Position numbers and translations under genes: made by a program
Assembly (NCBI RefSeq): GCF_041956535.1
Contig: NW_027192213.1
Coordinates: 432,900-496,899, forward strand
DNA length: 64,000 nucleotides
Source: Calcarisporiella thermophila CBS 279.70
Taxonomy: Eukaryota > Fungi > Calcarisporiellomycota
Reading direction: 5' to 3'
Notes under the pieces: model-generated
Seen by the model: the letters and a program-made list of their open reading frames with translations, nothing else
Told to the model about the DNA's origin: nothing
The model's database searches: none
Part shown: positions 38,104 through 51,486 of the stretch, piece by piece
Layout: each line of letters opens with the position of its first letter
Numbering within the stretch: the first letter of the stretch is position 1

Positions 38104-40950
38104 TCACTTCGCCGAAACATCCTTCAACTGCTTGAGCTGCCTGAGCAGGCGAGGCGATGGTCCCGGAGCAAGGGATCGATGTTCTCTAATGAGGCTACTG
38201 ACACCCTCTTTCTCTTGCTTGTCGGCACTACTAGCCTTGCCCGCGAGGCCAACCAACCCCCCCACGAGAGACGCCCCAGAAGGAGGAGACATCAGCCTGG
38301 GCGAAATATCGAGCGTTGCCATGGCGGCCGTTGGAGAGGGAGGGGGCGAGCCTCTTCTCGCGACCACCAGATCCTCTAGCCTCAGCCGGGGGACATCCTC
38401 GGCTCGCTCCCGGTTCCGGTCTCTGTCCCGGTCGCGCTCCTGCCACTCCTCCACCACAACGGGCGAGGATGAGAATACTGATCGGATGGAGGAAACTTCT
38501 TCCTCGGGGAACGAAAACGTGGGCGAGTGCTCTCGTGAAGTCGTACTACGTGGAAAGGACACCACATCGTAGTCGGAACTCAGATCGCTGGGCGGGTAAC
38601 TGTAGACATCGACCGGGGTCGAGTCACTGGGTGAAGAATTAGGCGATATCAGGCTATTCTCAGAAAGTGAAAGAGACATGGGAAATCAAAGTGTGGCCAC
38701 GTTGGACAATTAGAAAATGCGGGGGGGGGGGGAGAGGGGAATCCAATTTCCAAGTTAACTTACAATTTATAGCCGGGTTCTGTTAAATGTTCTTCCAATA
38801 TCAAGTAGGGTCTATCAGGATGGGTACTTCGGCCAGAGTGGGCGCCGTGTTCGCGTAAGCCCTGCTTCGCGACCGAGCAATAGTGCTCGGCCTCCACTGA
38901 GCGATCCACTCCACGGGCGGTCGTTTTCTAGAGTCAAAACGCGAAGGGTTGAGAAGAGCTCACGTACTAGATCAACAAAAGTCCTGCTCACCTGGTATTC
39001 TCTGGCCATCACCACAAATATTTCCCCCGCCAGACCAGGTTTATACGAGAGCCCGCGTACTTCCACTAGACATTGGGAAATCTCTTCGGGAGTCATGCTG
39101 CCCCTCATATACCATCGCCTTCTCTCATCATCTCCCCCTGTTTCCGTGCCTACCCCCCCATACATCGCCACGACACTCCGCCAAAACCGGGTTGCCATCA
39201 CGGAAGGGGTCCACCGTCCCGTTTGGATACAAAATAACATTTGGGTGATACTGCCCGCGCCATCATGCAGCACATGATGACGATGTCTCTGCAGAAAAAG
39301 AATGAGAGCAAACGCCTCCAAGTCCATTTGGGTTGGCTTGCGAGTATCCACCATTGACTTTGGGTATTCCTCCAGGCCGGGGAACAGCATCCTCAGCCAG
39401 GTTCGCAGCACGCCATTCAAAAAATACCAGGACGCCACCTCCAAGAACCGTAGCAATTCAAACGGCATGCTATCCCCCCCCTCTCCCAAGACATATCTCT
39501 CGTCGATGCCCTCCAAATGTTGACGGACCCACTTCAAAAGCGGCAGGCTTTGCTGTTCCGGGGAAAGATCCCGAGCGACTGCATTCACGGTGGGAAGCCA
39601 GAACGCCCGTTGAACATCCACATGGCCGGAGTCGCCTTTCCACCCAGCCCCGACCCCCCCACATCCAAATTCGAAACATCGCATCATCACTAGAAACCCC
39701 CGTGCTGCTCGCGATATCCTTTCTCTTGCTTTGCGCATTAGGTGTTTTGGTAACCCGCCCAATTCTCTGTGCGTCAGGGACATAGAGAGCTGGAGGTGGG
39801 CTCCACGGAGTGTGTCTTGTGCTCGTACCAAGTGTTGCAACCGCGAGGGCAAGCGTCGAAGGAATAAGAGAGACTGAAAGAAACAAGCGCGTGATTGGTA
39901 TTCTTGCCGCAGAAGCGACCATCTCTCAACCCCACGATACCGCCCTGGAGGAGAAAACTTGTCGGCCGTGCGCGAGTAGTGTTTGACTCTTTCTTCACAC
40001 TCCACATAGGCTCTGGATATAAATCAAATATTATTTTCAACTCCTCAAATTCGAATGCTCTGCTAGAGGCGAGGGGAACGAGTCAAATCTTACCCGTTTT
40101 CCAAAGTGGCATTCACCAGCGTTTCGAGGCAGTACAAATACACCTCTAGCTGGTCTCCAAACACCCCCTCCGGACCAGCCTCAAGTTCACGAAATGAATC
40201 AACGACAAAGCGTGCCCACTCCACGCAATCAGCTAGTGCGAGGGTTCGCCGGCACACGTTTTTCCATGCGCTATGATGAATAATAGGAGATTCATATTAC
40301 CACGATCCTAGGAAATCGAAGCGTCCCTAAGTTTACCTAACGCGGCTCTTGCGCATCAAACATTTTGTCAGCACAATCTGCAGATGCTCGTCCACCAGCA
40401 TCTCTTCGTCAAGAGGATCGAAAAGCATTGCATCGCTGACGTATTCGAGCAATGTGCCTAGCCATGCCCCAGAGTTATAGCGTGCAATATAGAATAAAAT
40501 ATGAGGTCGGCCATTTAGGCTTGGTACCTACTCTTGTTCAGCAGCAATTCATAAAACTGATTCAGAAGATGGATAGTGGTCTTGTCGAACGCATTTTTTT
40601 GCCACTGGTGCCTACTGTAAATGGGTGGAAAGAGAATGAATCCCTATGGTACAGATGCTTCCATGAGCAAACCCACCATTTTATCCAATACATGCCTCGC
40701 ATCACTAAATCGGCGATTTCCTGCTCATCTCTTGCATCCTTCGCATACTCCAAGCACGTTTCAATCGCTAGAATTAATCCGGCCACGTAAGTGATTGGTT
40801 TAATCAAGTAGAACTAGCATGGACATTTTACCTTCAAGGCCGGCGTCAACAGGCGGATTATTAAGCAGGAGCAGACGTTCGTAATATTTGAGCGCCTCAG
40901 GCTTCCGACGCTTTCGGAGCGCTCTGGCGATAGCAAAATTGGACTACAGA
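38104..40950 (-). CDS. Hypothetical protein (spliced; helical N-terminal/central part, Ser/Pro-rich disordered C-terminus)
   Basis: Long same-strand open frames (38104-38679, 38815-40005, 40562-40807) separated by intron-like segments; no recognised motif; boundaries approximate. Confidence 0.55.
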
Positions 40951-41486
40951 ATTCAAAGTGAATTAATGACATAACTATCCGGCGGAGATTGCCTGCAGGC
41001 TCGTAGTGTTTGGGCTCAAACCTCTACATTCTCGGGGCCAGGGTGATTGGGATTCATGTCGATTGGGGCCGATGTCCGATGGAAGGTCATATTGGGAGAG
41101 GGAGCAAGCTGAAATAACAGCTCAGACGAGTGTTAGAAAACGGTGGCCAAAAACCGAACCTAACCTAGAACGGCGGAATGTATTTGGATATTTGCAAGGA
41201 AATAGAGATGATAAAGGGAAAGAGGAAGCCAACACAAAGCCGAGGGAAGAAATAAACACTTTAAAAAAAAGGTAATACATATACAAACTAGAGGAATTAG
41301 TACTGATTATATTGTTACAAAATAAAAAAATAGAAATATATAAAAAGGATCTTCATTAGAGATAGAGGATTGAAGGAGCAGGAGCTCCTTCTCGGTAACT
41401 AGAAGATGGGAGGAGATATGGCAGCGCAGAACAAACAAAGTCAGGAGCGATTAGATGGGGAGGGGAGGTGGACAGGGACCCATGCG

Positions 41487-43573
41487 TTAACTAGCTATTT
41501 TACGATCCAATATCTTAAACGTCCCGTCAGGAAGAAGCATTCCAAGATCCCCCGTATGTAGCCAGCCCTCCTTATCGATCACCAGAGCCGTCAACTTTTC
41601 GTCGCGGTAATAGCCCCGCATCACGCTTGGCCCGCGGACGCAGATTTCGCCTCGTGGTAGAGGCTTGTCGGTAGTGTTTTCCCCGCTATCCACCAGTTTG
41701 ATCTCGCAGCAGGGTAGTGGCGGGCCCACGCTCCCGTCCTCTCTATAGTCGCACGCATTGGAAAGCGTCACGGCCGAAACAGCCTCTGTGAGTCCATAGG
41801 TCTGTATGACCGGGCATCCGAGCACAACGCGCAAAAAAGTTAGTGTTTGGGCTTCAATGGGGGCAGAGCCCGAGATAACTACGCGGACAGCTCCACCAAG
41901 CAGCTGGGTGCGCACGGCGCGGAACACGAGTCGATCCCACATCGAGTCCATGGTAAGGCTGCCACGGCGTAGAAGGGCCCGCTTGGATGCAAAGCCGTTG
42001 CGGAAAAGGAACGAGCCACCATAAGATTTATTGATCATTTCTTGGAGTCGAGTTAAGTATTTAGGCACGCTAACAATAAAATCAGGAGTAAGCATTGGCC
42101 TTCAACGTCTCTGGAAATCTATTTGGATCACCTTGCAAATATGGTAGGCTGAGCATCTCTTATATCCTCGAAAATTCCATTCATGTCGCCACCAAAGAAT
42201 GCGATGGATCCGCCAACAAAGATCATAAGTAAAATCATGGTGCGCTCGAAGGCATAAGCTGAATGGGAAATCAGTCAGGTTAGATGTATAGGGAGTGAGG
42301 TGGGATGGAGCGGTTATACGAACCCATTGGCAAATAGCTGATATGTCTATCCTTAGAGGTTAGCTTTTGATTGGGTGGTAAAATTGCAAGACAAGCGGCT
42401 ACAAGGAAAATAGCTTGAGTGATATTGGTGCAATCCTTGGGGGTATGAAACACTCACAAACATTCGCCACGATATTCTGATGGGTCAGCGAAACATATTT
42501 GGGCTCCTAACATCAATTAATAGAGGTGAATCTACACTTAGACCCTGGAAGATGGTATTACAACTCACATCAGTTGTGCCGTTGGTCAGACATATAAATG
42601 CCAGATCATCTGGGGCTATGGGAAAAATTGAGAACGGGTGAGATTGTATTTTCCAAAAAAAAAGTGAGGGACGAAGCAAGAGTAAACGCACAAGATAAGG
42701 CAGGCTCCAACGGATCTTCTTCTCCCAAAGCCTCAAGAGCTTTGAAAGTCGTGAGGGTACTTCCCCTTGACTGGGCTCTTTTTGCTAGCTCCTGCGGCAC
42801 CAAGTCATCCACCACGACAATATGCCTCACAAATTGGCATCCATTCGCCGCAGAGAGCACCAGAGACAGATTCGTGCTGTTTGCTACAATAACGGAAAGC
42901 TCGACATGATTTATGATATTACGAAGGGATTCAGTGGTCTGCTTTTCCGGTATAGGCACTGAGATAAGAGAATATTGAGCAGCGGCAAGGAGGGTTATGA
43001 TATATTCCGGAGAGTTGGTGGTGAAAATGCCGATTTTTTCTCCAGAGCGAGGGCTGAGGGATGCAAACTTAACTAGACCTGTGCCGAAGTTGCGGATGCG
43101 CTCGTTTACTTGGGCTAGAGGTTTAGACGGCTAAATTAAATTGACCATTATGAGAAATAGTAGTAACTATATACCATAGGTTTGCTATTGACATTGGAAG
43201 TTAATAGACGAAAAAGAGGTCAGCAATCTTCACGAGTATTGTCTGAAAGCGAAAGACTCACCCATTGGAACACGCTTCCTTTCTTCGATCCCATGAATTT
43301 TCCCTCGCCCTCTTTCATTCCACCCCCGAATCGCCATAAATCGTAAACCGTCTTCACGTTACGATCCGAGCTCGAGAGAAGTGGGCCGCCATAGGGTGCA
43401 AATCGCGAGCGACATACCGGAGACTCAGAGGGGAGTCGTGACAGGGAAATATCTGCCTGCTGCGAAAGCAGTAGCGGGTGGACGTCAGGAGCTGTGCGAC
43501 CGCGGAGTATGAATAGAAGTAGAGCTAGGATACAGAAGAGGGCCAGAATGAGTTCCGCCCAAATAGCTGACAT
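41487..43573 (-). CDS. Long-chain acyl-CoA synthetase-like (AMP-binding) protein with N-terminal TM, lacking C-terminal subdomain (spliced)
   Basis: ISYLPM-AYAFER, SGSAPI, QTYGLTE, VGPPLPCCEIKLVD, GEICVRGPSVMRGYY, GWLHTGDLG, FKILDRK then stop. Confidence 0.85.
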
Positions 43574-44712
43574 GGTATAGTTTGATTTCGAAATATAAAC
43601 AGAGATTGGGCTACCAGGTAAGCTATTCAACCCAAAAGTAACGAGTGGTATATGTATTTTTGGGGGAACTTACACTAGCACCTTCCCCACCAACTTTCCA
43701 CAGGTTTGGGTCGCGAAAATATGCCAAAAATAATAGAGAACGGTCACGCGAAAAGATCGGATAGCTCGTTGGATAGATGTTGGATATTCTGCGTGCATTC
43801 ATAGTATAGGAGTATTTTATTTGACTGGGGATCTAGGCATGCAAATTGAGCCATGTGTTCACACAAGATTGGAATCTCCATTTCATTTAACTATCTCTGG
43901 TTAACTTCGACCATCTTTTTTTTTCCTTATCTCTTCTTCTCTGTAGCTTCTGTCCTACATTGCCAGGTATCAAAAGGAGTAAGTGTACACAGCGAATATA
44001 TCCAGTGGCTACAAGCTATCTTTCCCAGTCAGCTATTGGAGAAAGGCACCAAGTCGTAAACAAAGGACTATTGAAAAGAAAGCCTTCGTAAGATCATTGC
44101 AACCCCTATCAAATTATTAAACGTAATGATGATTGAGGTGGAAATCAATTTACAAACCATCTATTGAAAAGTGCTTATCGCGCCATATATTTCGACTCTT
44201 GAAATGAAGTTTAATTTCCCTTGATATTTGATCACATTAGACTTTAGAAAGGAAATCAGCGACGGAGCTCAATGCTTTAATAAGCCCTTTCTTTATTCTT
44301 CATGAATTGCCTAAGAATTGGAGAGTATTTAAAATGCTTTGCGATTACTAGAAAGCTTTGGCGACACCTATTGTTTATTATTACAATCAATGACCATAGT
44401 ATGTAGGGCAACTTTATGGTATATTCTTTGATTTTTTTTCTTCTCGATTGGTGTTCCCTATGGATTTGTTCGCAGCATCCATTTAATATTTCAGCTGTTT
44501 AACAAGCAACCTAAATTTTATTGATTGGGATATTTTGTAAACGGATAGCATCACAAAAGACGTAGGGTATACATTATAGGCTCTTTCGCCATTGTACATT
44601 CATACTTTATACTGATAAATTGCTGGAGAGGAGATATTTAAAACGACAGATGTTTTGATTCTTAAATCTTATTTCCATTCGTAGAATTTAACACTATGGT
44701 CTTTGTTCTATG

Positions 44713-44720
44713 TGACGTCA
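44713..44720. promoter_or_regulatory. CRE/ATF-type palindrome TGACGTCA
   Basis: Perfect palindrome about 145 bp upstream of the KDM5 start; function not demonstrable from sequence. Confidence 0.35.
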
Positions 44721-44862
44721 CCTTAGCTTGCTCTTGAAAAAAAAAATTGCAAATTTTCAATAGATGTAGATGTCTATCTTTTCCCTTCTGCTTTTTTTTT
44801 TCTCTTTCTTTAATCAAATATTACTTCCTGTCGCTGCTCATTCGTCCTAGATATACGTCACT

Positions 44863-47576
44863 ATGATGAAAGTAATGGGCCCTGCCGCCGCGCAGGTTGA
44901 AGACACCCAATCCGCACCTTTCGACATATCTTCGGTACGAACTCAAGCCCCTCCAGAGAACCCTCCTGGCACCAAGCGGCTCTTCGGGCTCAAAGATGCC
45001 CCGACATATTTCCCCACCCCAGAACAGTTCGAGGACCCAATACGATATATTATGGAAATTAAGGAAGAGGGGGAAAAATATGGTATTGTCAAAATTGTTC
45101 CACCTGAAGGGTGGAACCCTCCGTTTGCTATAAATAGCAAGGTACGATAGAGCCTCTGTCAAATGATTAGAAGTGCTTTTTAGAATTATGTCAAGGATGG
45201 GCATGGTGCTTTATGTGTGTGGAGGCATATCGGCGGATAAACATATAGCTCCATATCTATATCCATATCTTGCTATTATGTAATATGTTGCTTCATTCTG
45301 GTAGTAATCTTCCAAACTATGTTTTTCAAACCACAGGTATTCCGCTTCAAGACCCGGACCCAGAAGCTCAACACTATGGACGGCTCCACCCGTGCTAATA
45401 TGGCGTATCTCGAGAAACTCTACAAGTTTCACCGGCAGCAGGGCAGTACTGTGAGCAAAGTACCGCAACTCGATAAACGGCCAATAGACTTATACCGATT
45501 GAAGAAAGAGGTTGCTCTGCGAGGAGGATATCAAAAGGTAAGCACTCTAAACGGTTGGCTCACCATTTTCTGGTAACACTCCGTTGACATATTTTGTTCA
45601 TCTTCTTAGGTGACGGAAGATAAAAAGTGGGCGGAAATTGGCCGCACTCTTGCTAACTACCGCAAACAATGCACCTCCCTTTCCAATTCTCTTAAAATGG
45701 CGTATGTAAAAGTGGTCATGCCTTTTGAGAACTACCTTGCGCAACAGCTCGACTCCCAGTCCAAAAAAACAGAAGAGGCACTACTACAAGGAGACATTGC
45801 GAGGCCGAGTATTTCTTCTCCCGGAGAGGAGACCAATGGTGCATTAAAACGAGAGTCAGTGGAGGATGATGTGCGTCGAAGTAAACGGTCGAAAAATGGC
45901 CCCTCAACCGAATGTGAGATTAGCATCATTTTAGCGGTTGTTTTTTTGGATCAATAACCTTGTTTTTGTACTCTAATCTTTGTAGCGACTCCTCCTAGCA
46001 CACCCACTGCGGCCATCCCCTCCCCTAATAGGAGCGATAAGTCCCAGCAGTCCCCGGGTACAATCGACTCAAACTTTTGCCAAGTGTGTGGTATTGATGA
46101 TAATCCCGATCAGCTGCTCGAATGCCACGAATGCCACAAACGCTATCACACTTACTGCTTCACTCCCCAGCTAATGGTGGTCCCAAAGCTTGATTGGTAT
46201 TGTGCAAATTGCGTGGTGCAGACCGACGAAGATTTCGGGTTTGAGGAGGGTAACGAGTATACGCTTGCTGCTTTCCAAAAGAAAGCGGACGATTTCAAGA
46301 GGGAATGGTTTGCCGCGCGACGCAAAGGTGCACTGAAAGATAGGCCCCTAACAGAGGCCGAGGTGGAGAAAGAGTTTTGGAGACTTGTGGAGAACCCACA
46401 CGAACACTGTGAGGTTGAGTATGGAGCGGATCTCCACTCGTCACATCATGGAAGGTATAGTAGGCAACCCCCCTCGCTCATCCATGTGATATAGCAACTA
46501 TAATTTTATTGCACATTCAGTGGCTTTCCTACCCTGTCTCGGAATCCCGACGAGCCATATTCAAAACACCCGTGGAATTTGAATGTGCTACCCCGCACAC
46601 CACACTCACTTTTCCGACACCTCCCAACCGATATCCCCGGCATGCTTGTTCCCTGGCTCTACGTTGGCCAATGTTTCAGCACCTTTTGCTGGCACAACGA
46701 GGATCACTACACCTATTCGATTAACTATATGCACTGGGGAGAAACCAAGACCTGGTATGGTGTGCCAGGCCCTGCGGCGGAGAAATTTGAGGAGACAATG
46801 CGACGTATTGTGCCGGAGTTGTTCGAGCGGCAACCCGATCTCCTCTTCCAGTTGGTGACGATGCTCTCGCCTGCTGCACTTCAAGCACACGGAGTGCCTG
46901 TTGTTGCCATCGACCAGCGTCCTGGACAATTCGTGGTTACATTTCCACAGGCCTATCATGCAGGCTTTAGCCATGGATTTAATTTCTGCGAGGCAGTGAA
47001 CTTTGCAACCCCTGACTGGATTCCCTACGGGCTAGGCTGTGTTAGACGATATCAAGCGTATCGCAAACAACCCGTCTTCTCCCATGAGGAGCTACTTTTA
47101 AAAGTCGTTAGCAATGATGCATCCACACGGAGTTCCCAATGGTAATTGTGCTCACCAAATGCAATTCTCCATTAATACATCATTAAATTAGCCCTCCCAT
47201 TGATTTTAGGGTCCAAAAAGCCCTTGCGGAGATACGGGACCGCGAACTCTTCACTCGCAAGCACGTCCGCGCCAAGTTCCCAGAAATTTCGGAAGTATTG
47301 GATGCACAGGACCGCTCTACTGACGAGGAGTACCAGTGCTCAGTGTGTCATGCATATGTTTATCTCTCGCAGATCCATTGTGGCCAATGCGGACCCTCCA
47401 AGGTTGCGTGCCCCGACCACATCAAAGATTTGTGCGCATGCCCCATCAGCAATCGTGTGTTGCGTCTACGATTCCACGACTCTGAGGTGGAGGCTTTTGC
47501 AGGGCGCGGATTCTGGGAAGCCGTGCTGGTGACACCACAAAAGGAGGAGGCGTGGTCAAGGGTTGCTGTCTTGTAA
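44863..47576 (+). CDS. KDM5/JARID1-family H3K4 demethylase (JmjN-ARID-PHD-JmjC-C5HC2), short form (spliced)
   Basis: APTYFPTPEQFEDPIRYI..YGIVKIVPP (JmjN); IDLYRLKKEVALRGGY (ARID); C4HC3 PHD; FSTFCWHNEDHY..AYHAGF (JmjC Fe ligands intact); C5HC2 zinc finger. Confidence 0.93.
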
Positions 47577-47890
47577 GCTCTGCAGCTGTTGTTTTACCAC
47601 TCTTTCGAGCGCCTGTATTCGGAGACACATGTGAAAGTTATATATATGATATTTTCCTTCTTTTAGTGTAATCATTTGACTGTTGAATTGTATACTCCTA
47701 TTTTTTTCCTTTTCCTTTTCTTTTCTTTTGCATGTTATACTATATCTTTAATTGAACGCTTCCATGTTCACAGTAGTATTAAAGATTATTTATACGGGTT
47801 TTAAGGCGCAGCCCGGCCGATTTCACAAATAATATATGGGATTTTCCTCCGAGCAGCGAATTCACAATCAATTTAATGCACATATAGAAA

Positions 47891-48232
47891 ATGAACTCCT
47901 TGCGATCGATCTTTCCCCTGATATCCCGTTCTTCAATACCAACCGTCTACTCCAGGGCTTTGCCTCGCTCCCGCTTTTTCTCTACTAATTCTGAGCAAGA
48001 GCTATCTCCTGGTGAGCTGCAGATTTATCAGAAGCTCACCGAGCACTTTGCTCCTTCCCGTCTCATGGTTCAGGACATTTCTGGAGGCTGTGGCTCCATG
48101 TATGCAGTGGAGATCGTGTCGGATAAGTTTGAGGGGATGTCGATGGTACGGCAGCATCGAATGGTAAACGAAGTTTTAAAAGAAGAGATAGGAGGCATGC
48201 ACGGCATTCGTTTGCAGACTTCAGCAAAATGA
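47891..48232 (+). CDS. BolA-family protein, mitochondrial (BOLA3/Bol3-like)
   Basis: Presequence-like N-terminus; VQDISGGCGSMY..IVS..F.G...V.QHRMVNEVLKEEI..MHGI. Confidence 0.92.
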   Translation: MNSLRSIFPLISRSSIPTVYSRALPRSRFFSTNSEQELSPGELQIYQKLTEHFAPSRLMVQDISGGCGSMYAVEIVSDKFEGMSMVRQHRMVNEVLKEEIGGMHGIRLQTSAK

Positions 48233-48522
48233 AGGTCCAATGTAATATGTAATGTCTTTTTTTTTTCAAAAGTTTTGTATTAGAATATAAAAGTAAATAG
48301 AATTTAACCTTTATTATTATTATTTTGGCTATTCTCATTTTTACAAAGGGCGTTGGTCCCAAAAGAAACGCGCGAATATTGTTCTTAAATAAAAAAGAAT
48401 ATCGTACAAAAAACTTTTCTAGCAAGATGAACTTGTATGCATAATGTTAGGGGGCAATAAACGGGAAAATAGGGCGGGATATTATAGAACATTTTAGAGT
48501 ATGAATATCTAGGTCTAGATTA

Positions 48523-49127
48523 CTAGAGAAAAAAGGGTTTGCTTTTCGAGGCAGGTGTATCGGACGGTATTAGGGTGGATTTGGGTGCACTTTCAATTTT
48601 GGTTGGAGTCTCTAGAGTCTCAGCAGGAGCGGCCTGGCTCGACTGAACTTTCTCTGCAACTATCCGTGCATCCGCTGCTGCTATCACTACATAAGCAATC
48701 AAAAAGTTGTAGTATTAGTAACCTAAATCAAAGCCAACGGAGACATGAAGATGAACATACGTCTTTCCCAGAAGAGTTCTTCATCGTCTATCTTGCCATT
48801 TCCACTCAATATTCCTCGCATAGCCTCATGCTGCTCCAACTCGCCAAGCTCCTCATCACGCTCCAGCCTCTGCACTACCTCATTCAGCACGTCTGCTCGG
48901 ATTTTCATTTTTTCTCGATATTCATTGTACTCCATTTTGACCCACATAAGATGGAGTGCCTCAGAACCAACGGTAATATACATCAAGTATTCCCAGAAGA
49001 ATGGGCCGTAACGGCTCCATTTTGATTTCTGAGTAAGTTGCAGCGATGGATCCACAGGAGGACGCGAAAGACGTGAAAGATCGGTAATGGCCGTGCGAAA
49101 AGCAGACCAAAGACGAATTACAACCAT
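48523..49127 (-). CDS. Conserved fungal single-TM coiled-coil protein (DUF5321-like), one intron
   Basis: GSEALHLMWVKMEYNEYREKM...LNEVVQRLERDE pattern; the family assignment is from memory. Confidence 0.55.
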
Positions 49128-49428
49128 TATTTTAGTTTAATCGGCGGCGTGAAAATTACACCTAGAGTAAACTAGTAGTCGTACTTGTTTTCAATCTTGA
49201 GATTTTTCAGTATATAAGCCACTACACAGATGTGCATAGATGTGATTTCAATTTTTTCATCTAACTCTGGTTTCTCGGCTAAGGGTTACCGAGCTTTGTA
49301 CTATGACCTATTTTGTTTCAACGGGAAATGTATTATCAAATTACTCTTGCTGGTGTTTTTACAAAGTTAGCAATATATTTCTTTACTCTAACCATTTCAC
49401 ATAAATTTATATATTTTTCGGCGGAAAA

Positions 49429-51063
49429 ATGGAAGAACGCGAAACTCCAGCAAGTCATACGCCCCTTCTCCCGAGCCCGTCTACATTTAAAAATGCAATT
49501 CGTGAAAGATTTCGTTCTTTTTCTCATAATTTTACCCTTCAAGGTAACTGGTGTTTTTTTTCCTCATGCTGCACGTCCATTCTCAATCCTACCATTCACT
49601 AACTTAGAGCTCAGTGGCGGGCTAGGTGACCTAGGAACCTTGATACCTATATTAATATCCCTAGTGGTAACCAACAATGTTTCTTTAACGAGTTCACTTT
49701 TCTTCGGTGGCCTGTGGAATGTTGTGTCCGGGGTACAGTTTCGTATTCCTATGTGTGTACAGCCTATGAAGGGTAATGGAATTTTTAATCAACTTTTTAG
49801 CCAGCAATATTTTGACTATTTATTTTAGCAATTGCATCTGTTGCATTGGCTACAAAGATGTCTCCGGCAGAAATTGGTGCGGCTGGCCTTGGTAAGTTTT
49901 ATACACTTATATCAATATTAAAGCAGAAATAATATGTTCACCTTTTTTCAGGTGTGTCGGCAGTTGTAGCCTTTCTTGGCCTTACCCGTACAATCCGACT
50001 AGTCTCTCACTGGACACCAATTGCCGTTATTAAGGGTATCCAGCTCGGGGTCGGGCTCAATTTTGTGATTACCTCTGTTGACCTAGTTAAACAGTCCAAC
50101 AGCTGGACACAGTGGCATGACAATTACGAGTGGGCACTCGTCTCCTTTCTGTTCGTGATATTCAACTACTATAATACACGGGTACCTTCTGCGCTAGTGC
50201 TTTTTGCATTGGGTTTGATTTTGGCGGGCGTTAGATTAGCAACCATCGGGGGTGATGTACCTAGCATTGGGATCTATAATCCTTTTGTGGTGACAGTGCC
50301 TACTGCGACAGAATTTAAGAACGCTTTTTTAAATGCTTCACTGGGACAAATTCCGCTCACTACCCTTAACAGTGTCATTGCGCTGGCAGTACTTTCTCAA
50401 GAGCTCTTCCCAAAACGACCCGCCGGCACCGTCTCGATCGCTACCAGCATTGGTTTTATGAACATCATTGGATGTTTCCTCGGCTCTATTCCGTATTGTC
50501 ATGGATCTGGGGGATTGGCAGGACAATATCGATTTGGAGCTCGGAGTGAAGTATCAATCATTATCCTTGGCATAATTAAAATCATCATCGGAATAGTGTT
50601 TGGTCCATCTCTCCTTGGAATCCTCAAGGTCTTCCCGCGCTCCATTCTAGGAGTGATGCTATTCGTTTCTGGCGTGGAGTTAGCGATGGCAGCGCGTTCT
50701 GTCAATCGCGGAGTCGAGGGCCAGAGGGCGCAAATGCGAAATTTCTTGGTGATGATCTTGACGGGTGGGTTGCTGATTGGGTTTAAAAACGACGGCATCG
50801 GCTTTGTTGGAGGATGTATTTCCGCCGTTCTCCTCTATCTTCAAGCCAAGTGGTTTGGGACGGCAGAGGAAGAGGAGGAAACTCAAACCGATACTCGGTG
50901 TCCGGAAGATGGACCAAGCAATAAAATGGGCGAGCAGTGCTCTGGGAAGCCACAGGTAGAAGTTGTGGAGGGGAAAGATTATACTCCAAATGAAAATGCG
51001 GCAGAGCCTTGTGGAGAATATCAGGAACATCGCATCATTATGGATGGCAATGTGAAACGCTGA
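49429..51063 (+). CDS. Molybdate transporter, MOT1 family (spliced)
   Basis: ELSGGLGDLGTLIP, PMCVQPMKAIA, GQIPLTTLNSVIA, PYCHGSGGLAGQYRFGARS. Confidence 0.92.
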
Positions 51064-51486
51064 ATTGCTGGGTTCACTAAATACCTTATATTTTTATATT
51101 TTTATATAATCGGCTATTTATCGCCTTTATTTAATATTTAATACAAGTATGTACTTATTTTTTTTTCCCTGAACACTCAGAATCCATTCTCAGAAGAGAC
51201 ACCGGTTTATCGTAGAGAGGTCTATTTATCCAACACTACAATGATATCGTCGCATCGAAGTTTATTTTCCCTAGATAATAAGAAAGGTAAAAGGGCTAGA
51301 CTAAAGAGAGGGAAAAAGATCGCACGGGAAGGGGTTGCTAAAAACAAGTAAGGATTACAAATTATTAGAGTAAGTAGTAGAGGTGGTGAAAGGGAGTTAG
51401 GTCTATATATAAGAGTATATGTCGGGGGTATCCAAAATTATTATAGAATTTAGTTATTGAAAAAAAAAACAGAGCTAAAAAAAATA

